From an uncultured Bacteroidales bacterium (GTDB taxonomy: Bacteria; Bacteroidota; Bacteroidia; Bacteroidales; Bacteroidaceae), in NCBI GenBank assembly GCA_902760345.1, contig CACWFY010000006.1, positions 14,338 through 78,337 on the forward strand: a stretch of 64,000 nt of DNA. The letters are read 5' to 3'. Within the stretch, counting starts at the first letter, position 1, and each line of letters begins with the position of its first letter. Below the pieces are notes generated by a model. The model had not been told where the DNA came from. It was given only the letters and a program-made list of their open reading frames with translations, and did no database searches. A program made the position numbers and the translations under genes. Positions 41,854-49,902 of the stretch are shown piece after piece.

Positions 41854-42456
41854 TTACTCAGCGGCAGCAGCCTCAGCAGCAGCCGAACGAGAAGCACGAG
41901 TAGCCTTCACAGAGCAAACGATAACCTCCTTAGAAGTAGCAATCTCCAGGCCCTCGAAGCTCAGCGAACCAACCTTGATGGCCTTACCCAGCTGCAGATC
42001 AGTAACGTCGATGTCCAGCTTCTCAGGAATCTGCTTGTAGGGAGCCTTCACGTCAATCTTACGGATTGACAAGTTCAGACGACCACCATCGCGAACACCC
42101 TGAGCGTGACCAGTGAGGTTCACGGGGATACCAACGGTAATAGCCTTGGTCTCATTGATCTCGAAGAAGTCAGCGTGCAGCAGAGCATCAGTTGTGGGGT
42201 GGAACTGCAGCTCCTTGATGATAGCCTTGTGCTCCTTACCATCGATGTTCAGGTTTACTACATATACGTGGGGAGTGTAGACAGCCTTGCGGAGCTCAGC
42301 CATAGAAGCTGAGAAAGCAAATGCCTCGGGCAGACCGTTCTCACCCTTCTTCTCACCATACAGATTGCAGGGTACCAGACCCTCCTTACGAAGCAGCTTT
42401 GAGGCCTTCTTGCCTGTGTCGGTGCGCTTCTGACCGTTTACGTTAATCTCTTTCAT
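41854..42456 (-). CDS. rplY: 50S ribosomal protein L25/Ctc
   Basis: LRKEGLVPCNLYG, KELQFHP..HADF, GVRDGG; promoter TTTG-N20-TACCTTTG at 42561-42530. Confidence 0.96.
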   Translation of the reverse strand: MKEINVNGQKRTDTGKKASKLLRKEGLVPCNLYGEKKGENGLPEAFAFSASMAELRKAVYTPHVYVVNLNIDGKEHKAIIKELQFHPTTDALLHADFFEINETKAITVGIPVNLTGHAQGVRDGGRLNLSIRKIDVKAPYKQIPEKLDIDVTDLQLGKAIKVGSLSFEGLEIATSKEVIVCSVKATRASRSAAAEAAAAE

Positions 42457-42778
42457 AATTAATAATGTGTTACTCTAAAATTAAGTTGTTTGTGCTTAAT
42501 TCACCATCACACGATGCGAAAAGCGGCTGCAAAGGTACTCTTTTTTTTGCTAACCGCCAAAGAATTTCCTTTTTTTCTTTATATATACCTATGAAATAGG
42601 TGCCTCGTGGGGCTTCTCTGCTGTTCACGGCACGGCACCTGAAAGCAGAAGCATAAAGAATTGTCTCGTGGTTAACATTTTTTTTAGCGAAACGATGACG
42701 TGTTATAAAAAAATTCCCTTACCTTTGTCTTCAAGTTGTGAACTAATTGTGTTTTCTGATATATAAAACAATCTGAAT

Positions 42779-45103
42779 ATGAATAGAACGACAAAGTATT
42801 TGCTGGCTTTGCTGCTGATGGGCAGCGGCAGTTTGATGGCACAACACAAGCTGGACCCGATGGTGAGCGCCTACGCACAGCAGGCAAAGACAAGGCGTGC
42901 TGCAGCGACAGAAGAACAGAAGCCCGGCCTCTTCATGGTAAACGTCCAGGCGGATGCCAACCCCGACGAGGTGAGCACACAAATAACCGAAAGAGGCGCA
43001 GAAGTGAAGGCGGCAATGGGTCACATGCTGATGGTCGCTGCCACAGCCGCGCAGCTGCCGGCTATTGCCCAGTTGGAGGGAGTGACGAATATCGCGATAG
43101 GCACGAAACCCCTGCCGAAACTCGATACGTCGCGAAAGGTTACTCACACCGACGAGGTGCAGAACGGCACGGGCGAGCAACTGCCACAGGCCTACAACGG
43201 CGATGGTGTCATCATTGGCGTCATTGACACCGGTTTCGACTGCACCCACCCCGTCTTCAAAGACGAGAATGGCAACCTGCGCATCAAGTCGGTCTTCATG
43301 CCCGGCATGACCTATACCCAGGGGAAAGGCAAGAAGGCGGTGGTTGACGGCAAGGAAGTGGACGGTTCGCTCTTCGACACGCCCGACATGATACTCGACA
43401 CCCTGCAGCTGAAGCAGACCAACACATACCACGGCACGCACGTAGCCGGATGTGCTGCAGCCAGTCCGGTGGCCAACGTGAAGGGCATTGCTGGCGGCAG
43501 TCTCGCCGGCATAGCGCCTAAGGCCGAGCTCATCCTCAGCGAGACGTATGCCGACGAGAAACAAAACAAGAAATACGAAGGAAGCACTACCGATGTAGAA
43601 GTGCTCAATGTTATCCTTGCGATGAACTACATGGAGGAGTATGCCAAGAAAGCCGGCAAACCCCTGTTGGTGACGATGAGTATGAATTCTGCAGCAGGTC
43701 CACACGACGGCACCGGTGCCGAGTCGCTGGCATATAAGTACTTCTGCGACAGAGGCAACATCATGACTATTGCCAGCGGCAACGAAGGAAACGAAAATTG
43801 TCACGTCCACAAGACGATAGATGCCGCCCATCCCCTCAAGGTGTTGTTTGGTCGCAACAACGAATCCAGTCTCATCAACTACCTGTTCACTGACAAGCCC
43901 GTCAACATCAGACTCTTCATCTACGACATTGCGCAGAAGACGGAGCTGGCCACCACGAAGACATACCAGCTGGTCAACGGCATCAAGTCGCAGGCTACCA
44001 TCTCCAAGGACGGTGAGGAGGCTTTCAAGGACGAGCTGAGCAAGGACCTGCTGAAACTGTTGAAAGACGGTGAAGGCCAAAGCCGTTATTACAATTCGGG
44101 CGGTGCGCTGGCTGTTAAAAACGGTATCGGCGAGACACCGGACCCGAGGGGAGGCACCCGCTCTGTGACCAACACGATCATTCAGTCCGTTGGAACAATC
44201 ATCAATAGCAACATCAGAATAGGCGTAGAGATGACGGCTAACGAGAGCGTCGAGCAGCGTGGATGGATCAGCTCCAATAGCGGTGGCGAGTTTGAGAATG
44301 TCGAGGGCTTTGACCAGGCTTCTGCCGATGTTAGCGTTGGCGACCTCTGCACCACTGGTGTACCCATCAGCGTGGGTTCATGGTCGGCCAGCAATCTGGT
44401 CGTTGACGAACCCGGCGCGCAACCAGAACCCGACAAGAGGGAAACGGTAGGCGACATCTCCAAATACACCAGCTATGGCATTGACTATGCCGGCCATCAG
44501 CACCCCTTCGTCGTAACACCCGGCAACTGCATCTATAGCGCCAGCAACTCGTTCCTGGACGATGAGTCGAACGACGTCATTGCCAAGCAGGACTTCTCCA
44601 ACCAGTTCAAAGGGCAGACCGCCCCACGCAGTTACCGATGGGTGAAGGCCAATGGCACATCGATGGCAACGCCCATCGCGGCAGGCATCATTGCCCTGTG
44701 GCTGCAGGCTGCCCGCGACAAGGGCATCACGCTGACCATTGACAAGGTGAAGGAAATCATCGAGCATAGCACCGATACTGACGAGTTTACCCAGAAGGCG
44801 GGCATCCGTGCCGGTCATGGCAAGCTCAATGCTTACAAGGGAATACTCTATGTGCTGGGACTGCCAACAGCCATCAGCGAGCTCAGTCAGCACCAACCGG
44901 AGGGGGTTACTTTCCGCATGGCCGACGGCCGACTCTATGCCGAGGGTGTCGACGACGGCACGGCAGTCACACTCTACAACCTGTCGGGAACCATCGTGCG
45001 CCAGTCGCACATGGCAGGGGGCAGCGTCAGCCTCGACGGACTGCAGCCGGGTGTCTATGCCGTACAGATAGGTCGATTGGGCTCAACACTCATTCGATTA
45101 TAA
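42779..45103 (+). CDS. secreted subtilisin-like S8 serine peptidase with T9SS-type C-terminal domain
   Basis: Catalytic triad motifs IGVIDTG, HGTHVAG, NGTSMATP; signal peptide; terminal LYNLSG..LQPGVYAVQI; -7 box TACCTTTG at 42720-42727. Confidence 0.93.
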   Translation: MNRTTKYLLALLLMGSGSLMAQHKLDPMVSAYAQQAKTRRAAATEEQKPGLFMVNVQADANPDEVSTQITERGAEVKAAMGHMLMVAATAAQLPAIAQLEGVTNIAIGTKPLPKLDTSRKVTHTDEVQNGTGEQLPQAYNGDGVIIGVIDTGFDCTHPVFKDENGNLRIKSVFMPGMTYTQGKGKKAVVDGKEVDGSLFDTPDMILDTLQLKQTNTYHGTHVAGCAAASPVANVKGIAGGSLAGIAPKAELILSETYADEKQNKKYEGSTTDVEVLNVILAMNYMEEYAKKAGKPLLVTMSMNSAAGPHDGTGAESLAYKYFCDRGNIMTIASGNEGNENCHVHKTIDAAHPLKVLFGRNNESSLINYLFTDKPVNIRLFIYDIAQKTELATTKTYQLVNGIKSQATISKDGEEAFKDELSKDLLKLLKDGEGQSRYYNSGGALAVKNGIGETPDPRGGTRSVTNTIIQSVGTIINSNIRIGVEMTANESVEQRGWISSNSGGEFENVEGFDQASADVSVGDLCTTGVPISVGSWSASNLVVDEPGAQPEPDKRETVGDISKYTSYGIDYAGHQHPFVVTPGNCIYSASNSFLDDESNDVIAKQDFSNQFKGQTAPRSYRWVKANGTSMATPIAAGIIALWLQAARDKGITLTIDKVKEIIEHSTDTDEFTQKAGIRAGHGKLNAYKGILYVLGLPTAISELSQHQPEGVTFRMADGRLYAEGVDDGTAVTLYNLSGTIVRQSHMAGGSVSLDGLQPGVYAVQIGRLGSTLIRL

Positions 45104-45152
45104 CCAAAACGGGTTATCAAGAATCATACAATAAATAACATATCCCAAAACA

Positions 45153-46319
45153 ATGAAACAGAAAACGCTATGGATGCTGACCGTCATCATGACCTACGGT
45201 TTTGTAATGACATCATGTTCTAACAGCGACTCTCCAGTAGTGCCACCAATTGACGAGGTGGAAACACTACTACAAAAGATGACGCTACGTGAAAAGATTG
45301 GACAGATGTTCTATATCCGCATTGAGTCGCTTGACCCTTCAATAGAATGGACTACCTACGACGACTTGGCGGCCCTCAAGAATCAGGAGATAACCATGAA
45401 AATGAGGAATACCAATGAAGAATACCCCGTGGGTGGCATCATCTTGTATGCATGGAACATTGAGAACGAAGCACAGTTGGGCACCATCATCCCGCAGATA
45501 CGATCGCTGAAAGGACATCCGTTGCTCTGCATTGACGAGGAAGGTGGAAGGGTGTCGCGCATCGCCAATAATCCGAACTTTAACGTCAAGAAATACGCAT
45601 CAATGGCGTCTATCGGTGAAACGGGCGACCCAAAGAATGCCTACGAATGTGGCAACACCATCGGTACCTACCTGAAGAAATACGACTTCGACATCGACTT
45701 TGCTCCCGTGGCTGACGTGAACACCAATCCGGACAACATCATCATCGGTCCCCGTGCCTTCAGCGACAAGCCTGAGGTGGCAGCACCGATGGTGACAAAC
45801 TACCTGCAGGGACTGAAGGATGCGGGTATTACAGGTTGCATCAAGCACTTCCCTGGTCATGGTGACACAACGGCCGATACGCACACGGGCTATGTACAGT
45901 CGCTGAAGACTTGGGAGGAAATGAAGAACTGTGAGATGATAACCTTCTGTGCAGGCATACAATGGGGGTGTCAACTTATCATGACTGCACACATCGCTGT
46001 ACCTAATGTAACAGGTTCTACCATTCCCTCTACGATGTCATCCATCGTCTTGCAAGACAAGCTGCGCGGTGAGTTAGGCTACAAGAACATCATCATCACC
46101 GACGGTATGGAAATGGGGGCTATCACCCAGCACTATACCAGTGGGGAGGCGGCTGTGGGCAGCATCAAGGCCGGTGTGGACATCGTGCTGGGCCCCCGTG
46201 ACTTCACCGAGGCGTTCGATGCCGTCATGGATGCCGTGAAGAATGGTTCCATCAGCGAGGAACGCATCAACCAGAGTGTGCGTCGCATCCTGACGCTCAG
46301 ACTAGCCATGAATCGCTAA
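45153..46319 (+). CDS. GH3 beta-N-acetylhexosaminidase (NagZ-like) lipoprotein
   Basis: Lipobox MTSC; IDEEGGRVSR, KHFPGHGDTTADTH (NagZ-type His/Asp motif), ITDGMEMGA. Confidence 0.9.
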   Translation: MKQKTLWMLTVIMTYGFVMTSCSNSDSPVVPPIDEVETLLQKMTLREKIGQMFYIRIESLDPSIEWTTYDDLAALKNQEITMKMRNTNEEYPVGGIILYAWNIENEAQLGTIIPQIRSLKGHPLLCIDEEGGRVSRIANNPNFNVKKYASMASIGETGDPKNAYECGNTIGTYLKKYDFDIDFAPVADVNTNPDNIIIGPRAFSDKPEVAAPMVTNYLQGLKDAGITGCIKHFPGHGDTTADTHTGYVQSLKTWEEMKNCEMITFCAGIQWGCQLIMTAHIAVPNVTGSTIPSTMSSIVLQDKLRGELGYKNIIITDGMEMGAITQHYTSGEAAVGSIKAGVDIVLGPRDFTEAFDAVMDAVKNGSISEERINQSVRRILTLRLAMNR

Positions 46320-46360
46320 CAATATTAGCATCAGAAACAAGATAATAATAATAAAATAGT

Positions 46361-46390
46361 AAAGACACCCCGTTATGGAGTGTCTTTTTT
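46361..46390 (+). terminator. intrinsic terminator after the GH3 gene
   Basis: aaagacac..cc/gg..gtgtcttt stem followed by T tract. Confidence 0.7.
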
Positions 46391-46494
46391 CAGACTTCCG
46401 CTCGAAAAAACACAAGAAAATCTTGGTTTTTTCCTCGCTTATTCGTACCTTTGCACCTGATAAGAGTATCGAAACATGCCATTTAGAGAGAATT

Positions 46495-47430
46495 ATGATT
46501 AACAGAGAACTCATTAGGACCAAGATAGTCCAGTTAACCTACGCGTACTATCAAAACGGAAACAAGAACATTGATTCGGCAGAAAAGGAGTTGTTATTCA
46601 GCCTGTCGAAGGCCTATGACCTTTATAACTATTTGCTTTCGCTCATTGTCGGCATCACTCACGAGTCGCGCCGCCATCTGGAAGTAGCACAGTCGCGTGC
46701 CCAGCGCGAAGGTGCGGCTATGCCTTCTCAGAAGTTTGCCTACAACCGCTTTGCTATGCAGTTGGAGGAAAATCGCATGCTGAACGAATTTATGGAGACT
46801 CAGAAGAAGGACTGGAAGGACCAGCCCGAGTTTCTGAAGAAGATATACACACAGATTGCCGACAGCCAGATATACAAAGACTACATGGAGTCGACCGACG
46901 ACAGCTATGCTGCCGACCGCGAACTGTGGCGTAAGCTGTATCGCACACTCATCGAGAACAATAGCAATCTGGATGCCCTGCTGGAAGAGCAGAGTCTCTA
47001 TTGGAATGACGACAAGGAGATTGTCGACACCTTCGTGGTAAAAACCATCAAGCGCTTCGACGAAAAGAACAAGGCCAATCAAGAGTTGTTGCCCGAATAC
47101 GACAGCGAAGAAGACCGCGAATTCGCCCGCAAGCTGTTCCGTGCCTCCATCATGAATGCCGACGAGTACCAGCACTACATGAGTGAAGCCTCGCGCAACT
47201 GGGATTTTTCACGTTTGGCCTATATGGATATCGTCATCATGCAGATCGCCATTGCCGAGATGCTCAACTTCCCCAGCATCCCCGTCAACGTAACCATCAA
47301 TGAGTTTGTTGAGATTGCCAAGCTCTACTCCACCCCCCAGAGTGGCGGCTATATCAATGGTATGCTCGACGCCATTGCGCGCCACCTCATCAGCACAGGC
47401 AAGATGCTGAAACACATGGAGAAAAGATAA
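46495..47430 (+). CDS. nusB: transcription antitermination factor NusB (long Bacteroidetes form)
   Basis: MINRELIRTKIVQ start, NWDFSRLAYMD, VTINEFVEIAKLYST..YINGMLD; ATG 46495 lies downstream of the TACCTTTG box at 46446-46453. Confidence 0.93.
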   Translation: MINRELIRTKIVQLTYAYYQNGNKNIDSAEKELLFSLSKAYDLYNYLLSLIVGITHESRRHLEVAQSRAQREGAAMPSQKFAYNRFAMQLEENRMLNEFMETQKKDWKDQPEFLKKIYTQIADSQIYKDYMESTDDSYAADRELWRKLYRTLIENNSNLDALLEEQSLYWNDDKEIVDTFVVKTIKRFDEKNKANQELLPEYDSEEDREFARKLFRASIMNADEYQHYMSEASRNWDFSRLAYMDIVIMQIAIAEMLNFPSIPVNVTINEFVEIAKLYSTPQSGGYINGMLDAIARHLISTGKMLKHMEKR

Positions 47431-47431
47431 C

Positions 47432-47463
47432 TCGAAACATCGAAATATCGAAACATCGAAATA
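47432..47463. repeat. 4 x 8-bp tandem repeat TCGAAA(C/T)A between nusB and yajC
   Basis: tcgaaaca tcgaaata tcgaaaca tcgaaata. Confidence 0.9.
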
Positions 47464-47479
47464 ATAACAATAAAATCAA

Positions 47480-47803
47480 ATGACACAGATTATTCTCGCC
47501 GCGCAGGCCGCCCAAGGCGGTGGCGGCATGACCAGTTTCCTGCTGATGATGGTAGCCATCTTTGCCATCATGTATTTCTTTATGATTCGTCCACAGCAGA
47601 AACGACAGAAAGAGATTCAGAACTTCCAGAACACCCTGACAGAAGGTACGCAGGTAGTGACTGGCGGTGGCATCTATGGTACGGTCAAGAAGATAGACCT
47701 AGCCAACGGTATCATCGAGGTAAAGATTGCCGACGGTGTAGTCATCAAGGTCGACAAAGGCTATGTCTATAAGGATATGGCCAGCACACCGATGCAGAAA
47801 TAG
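47480..47803 (+). CDS. yajC: preprotein translocase subunit YajC
   Basis: YFFMIRPQQKRQKE..VVTGGGIYGTV. Confidence 0.96.
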   Translation: MTQIILAAQAAQGGGGMTSFLLMMVAIFAIMYFFMIRPQQKRQKEIQNFQNTLTEGTQVVTGGGIYGTVKKIDLANGIIEVKIADGVVIKVDKGYVYKDMASTPMQK

Positions 47804-47829
47804 TTGATAGTTGACTGTCGAAGAGGAGG

Positions 47830-48807
47830 ATGGGCATTAAGCGCATATTCATCACTATCAGGAATTTCTTGTTCAGCAATGTGAACAAGCAATTCCTGGT
47901 ATTTTTGTTCTTCCTCTTTCTGTCAGGTATCTTCTGGCTGATCATCACACTCAACGAGAGCTATGAACACGAGGTTGGCATTCCTGTCCGCATCGTCGGA
48001 GTACCCAAGAATGTGGTGCTCACCTCACCGTCTGAAGACACCATCAGTATCATGGTAAGCGACAAGGGGTGGGTCCTCATGTCTTACCTCTATGGCGACA
48101 AGCTCAAAAATGTCACCATTCCGTTCCGCACCTACGACCATGGTGGTGGCATCGGCAATGTGGCCAGCAGCGACTTACGTCGGCTCGTCGAGCAAAACCT
48201 TGTGGTCTCGTCGCGCGTCACGGCCATCAAACCCGAACGGCTACAATTCCATTATAATAATGGTGAGTGCAAGCGTGTTCCCATACGCTGGGCGGGCCGC
48301 GTCATTCCCGACCAACTCTACTTTATTTCGCAGGTCGAGTATCAGCCCGACAGCGTCGATGTCTATGCCTCACCGGAAAAACTGGAGAACATCCGTGCCG
48401 TCTATAGTGAACAGCTGAACTATGTTAACTTCCGCGATACGCTGACGGTGGAGTGCCGACTGGCCCATGAGGCCGACGTCAAGGTGGTGCCTGAACGTGC
48501 CCGCATTCTGTTCCATACTGACGTGCTCACCGAAGAAGATATAAGCGGCATACCCATCAAGTGTCTGAATCTGCCTGCGGGCAAAGTGTTACGCACCTTC
48601 CCCGCCAAGGCGAAGGTTCACTTTGTGGCAGGCGTCAGCCAGCTGCGCACCTTGCGCCCTGAAGACTTTACGGTGGTTGCTGACTACCGCGAGATAGAAC
48701 AGGGACAAAAAGACAAGTGTAACATCTACCTGCGCCATGTCCCACAAGGTGTCAGCCGCGCCACTCTCAGCGTCAGTCAGGTAGACTACGTCATCGAAGA
48801 GGAATGA
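47830..48807 (+). CDS. YbbR-like domain membrane protein
   Basis: N-terminal TM (FLFFLFLSGIFW), repeated beta modules, TFPAKAKV; position between yajC and coaE. Confidence 0.8.
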   Translation: MGIKRIFITIRNFLFSNVNKQFLVFLFFLFLSGIFWLIITLNESYEHEVGIPVRIVGVPKNVVLTSPSEDTISIMVSDKGWVLMSYLYGDKLKNVTIPFRTYDHGGGIGNVASSDLRRLVEQNLVVSSRVTAIKPERLQFHYNNGECKRVPIRWAGRVIPDQLYFISQVEYQPDSVDVYASPEKLENIRAVYSEQLNYVNFRDTLTVECRLAHEADVKVVPERARILFHTDVLTEEDISGIPIKCLNLPAGKVLRTFPAKAKVHFVAGVSQLRTLRPEDFTVVADYREIEQGQKDKCNIYLRHVPQGVSRATLSVSQVDYVIEEE

Positions 48808-49349
48808 AGACGGGTATCACGGGAGGAATAGGCGCTGGCAAGAGCTATGTCTGCGGACTACTCAAGGCTCGCGGTATTGAGGTCTACGACTGCGACCAGG
48901 CTGCCAAGCGGCTCATGCGTAATTCTGCCGACATTCGTCAACAGCTCACCACTATTATTGGTGCCGACGCCTATATTGACGGAGTACCCAACAAGGCCGC
49001 CATTGCCCGTTTTCTGCTACAGAGCGACGTCAACGCTCACGCTATCGACGCCATCGTGCATCCTGCCGTCTTCCGCGACTTCGAACAGAGCGGCATGCTA
49101 TGGATGGAGAGCGCCATACTCTATGAGTCGGGCATCGACCGCCTGGTCGACCGCGTCATAGTAGTTACTGCACCATTGGACGTACGTATCTGGCGCATCA
49201 CCCAGCGCGACGGCATCACGGCCGACAAAGCGCTGGAGTGGATTCACCGCCAATGGCCTCAGGACGAGTTGCTGCGACGAGCCGACTACGAGATCATCAA
49301 CGACGGCGAGGCCGACCTCGAGGCACAACTTGAGCAATTATTAAAATGA
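48804..49349 (+). CDS. coaE: dephospho-CoA kinase
   Basis: GITGGIGAGKS, IVHPAV, ESAILYE, RITQRDG. Confidence 0.95.
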   Translation: MKTGITGGIGAGKSYVCGLLKARGIEVYDCDQAAKRLMRNSADIRQQLTTIIGADAYIDGVPNKAAIARFLLQSDVNAHAIDAIVHPAVFRDFEQSGMLWMESAILYESGIDRLVDRVIVVTAPLDVRIWRITQRDGITADKALEWIHRQWPQDELLRRADYEIINDGEADLEAQLEQLLK

Positions 49350-49353
49350 GACT

Positions 49354-49385
49354 TCGAAATATCGAAACTTCGAAATAACGAAACA
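49354..49385. repeat. 4 x 8-bp tandem repeat (TCGAAAYW) after coaE
   Basis: tcgaaata tcgaaact tcgaaata acgaaaca. Confidence 0.85.
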
Positions 49386-49397
49386 AATTATTAGTAT

Positions 49398-49835
49398 ATG
49401 AAAGAAACCATTTTAGCTATCTCCGGCAAGCCCGGACTTTACAAGCTCGTCACACGAGCTAACAACAGCCTGATTGTCGAGGCTCTCGACAACACCCATC
49501 GCCGTATGCCCGCTTTCGGCAGCGACCGTATCACTTCTCTGGCCGACGTGGCCATGTTTACCGAGACCGACGACGTTCCCTTGATGCAAGTGCTCGCCTC
49601 CATGCGCGACCTGGAGCAGGGCAAAGTGTCAAGCGTAGACTTCAAAAAGGCCACTCCTAAGGAGTTGCACGAATATTTCTCAAAGGTACTGCCCGAGTGG
49701 GATCAGGACCGCGTACAGAACTCTCACATCAAGAAGCTCATCCAGTGGTACAACATCCTCATCAAAGCCGGCATTACCGACTTCGAGGAAGAGATGGCTC
49801 CTACAGAGGGCGACAACATCGACGACAGAAAATAA
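49398..49835 (+). CDS. conserved Bacteroidetes protein (DUF5606-like)
   Basis: ILAISGKPGLYKL, SLADVAMFT, DRVQNSHIKKLIQWYN. Confidence 0.8.
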   Translation: MKETILAISGKPGLYKLVTRANNSLIVEALDNTHRRMPAFGSDRITSLADVAMFTETDDVPLMQVLASMRDLEQGKVSSVDFKKATPKELHEYFSKVLPEWDQDRVQNSHIKKLIQWYNILIKAGITDFEEEMAPTEGDNIDDRK

Positions 49836-49860
49836 AAGCGGCGACATACAACGCCAGTAA

Positions 49861-49898
49861 AATAATAAATCCCGCTCGGCTTGAGCGGGATTTTTATT
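49861..49898. terminator. bidirectional intrinsic terminator between convergent genes
   Basis: aaatcccgctc-ggctt-gagcgggattt with A/T tracts on both sides. Confidence 0.85.
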
Positions 49899-49902
49899 GT
49901 TC

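Noticed and set aside
42743-44080. 445-aa minus-strand ORF
   Set aside because: Entirely antisense to the S8 peptidase, which has a full catalytic triad; no motifs; typical shadow ORF from codon bias.
46375-46494. 40-aa N-terminal extension of NusB (similarly rpe, aroB and the PaaI thioesterase)
   Set aside because: The extensions overlap terminator or promoter elements or use poor start codons; downstream ATGs match the family N-termini.
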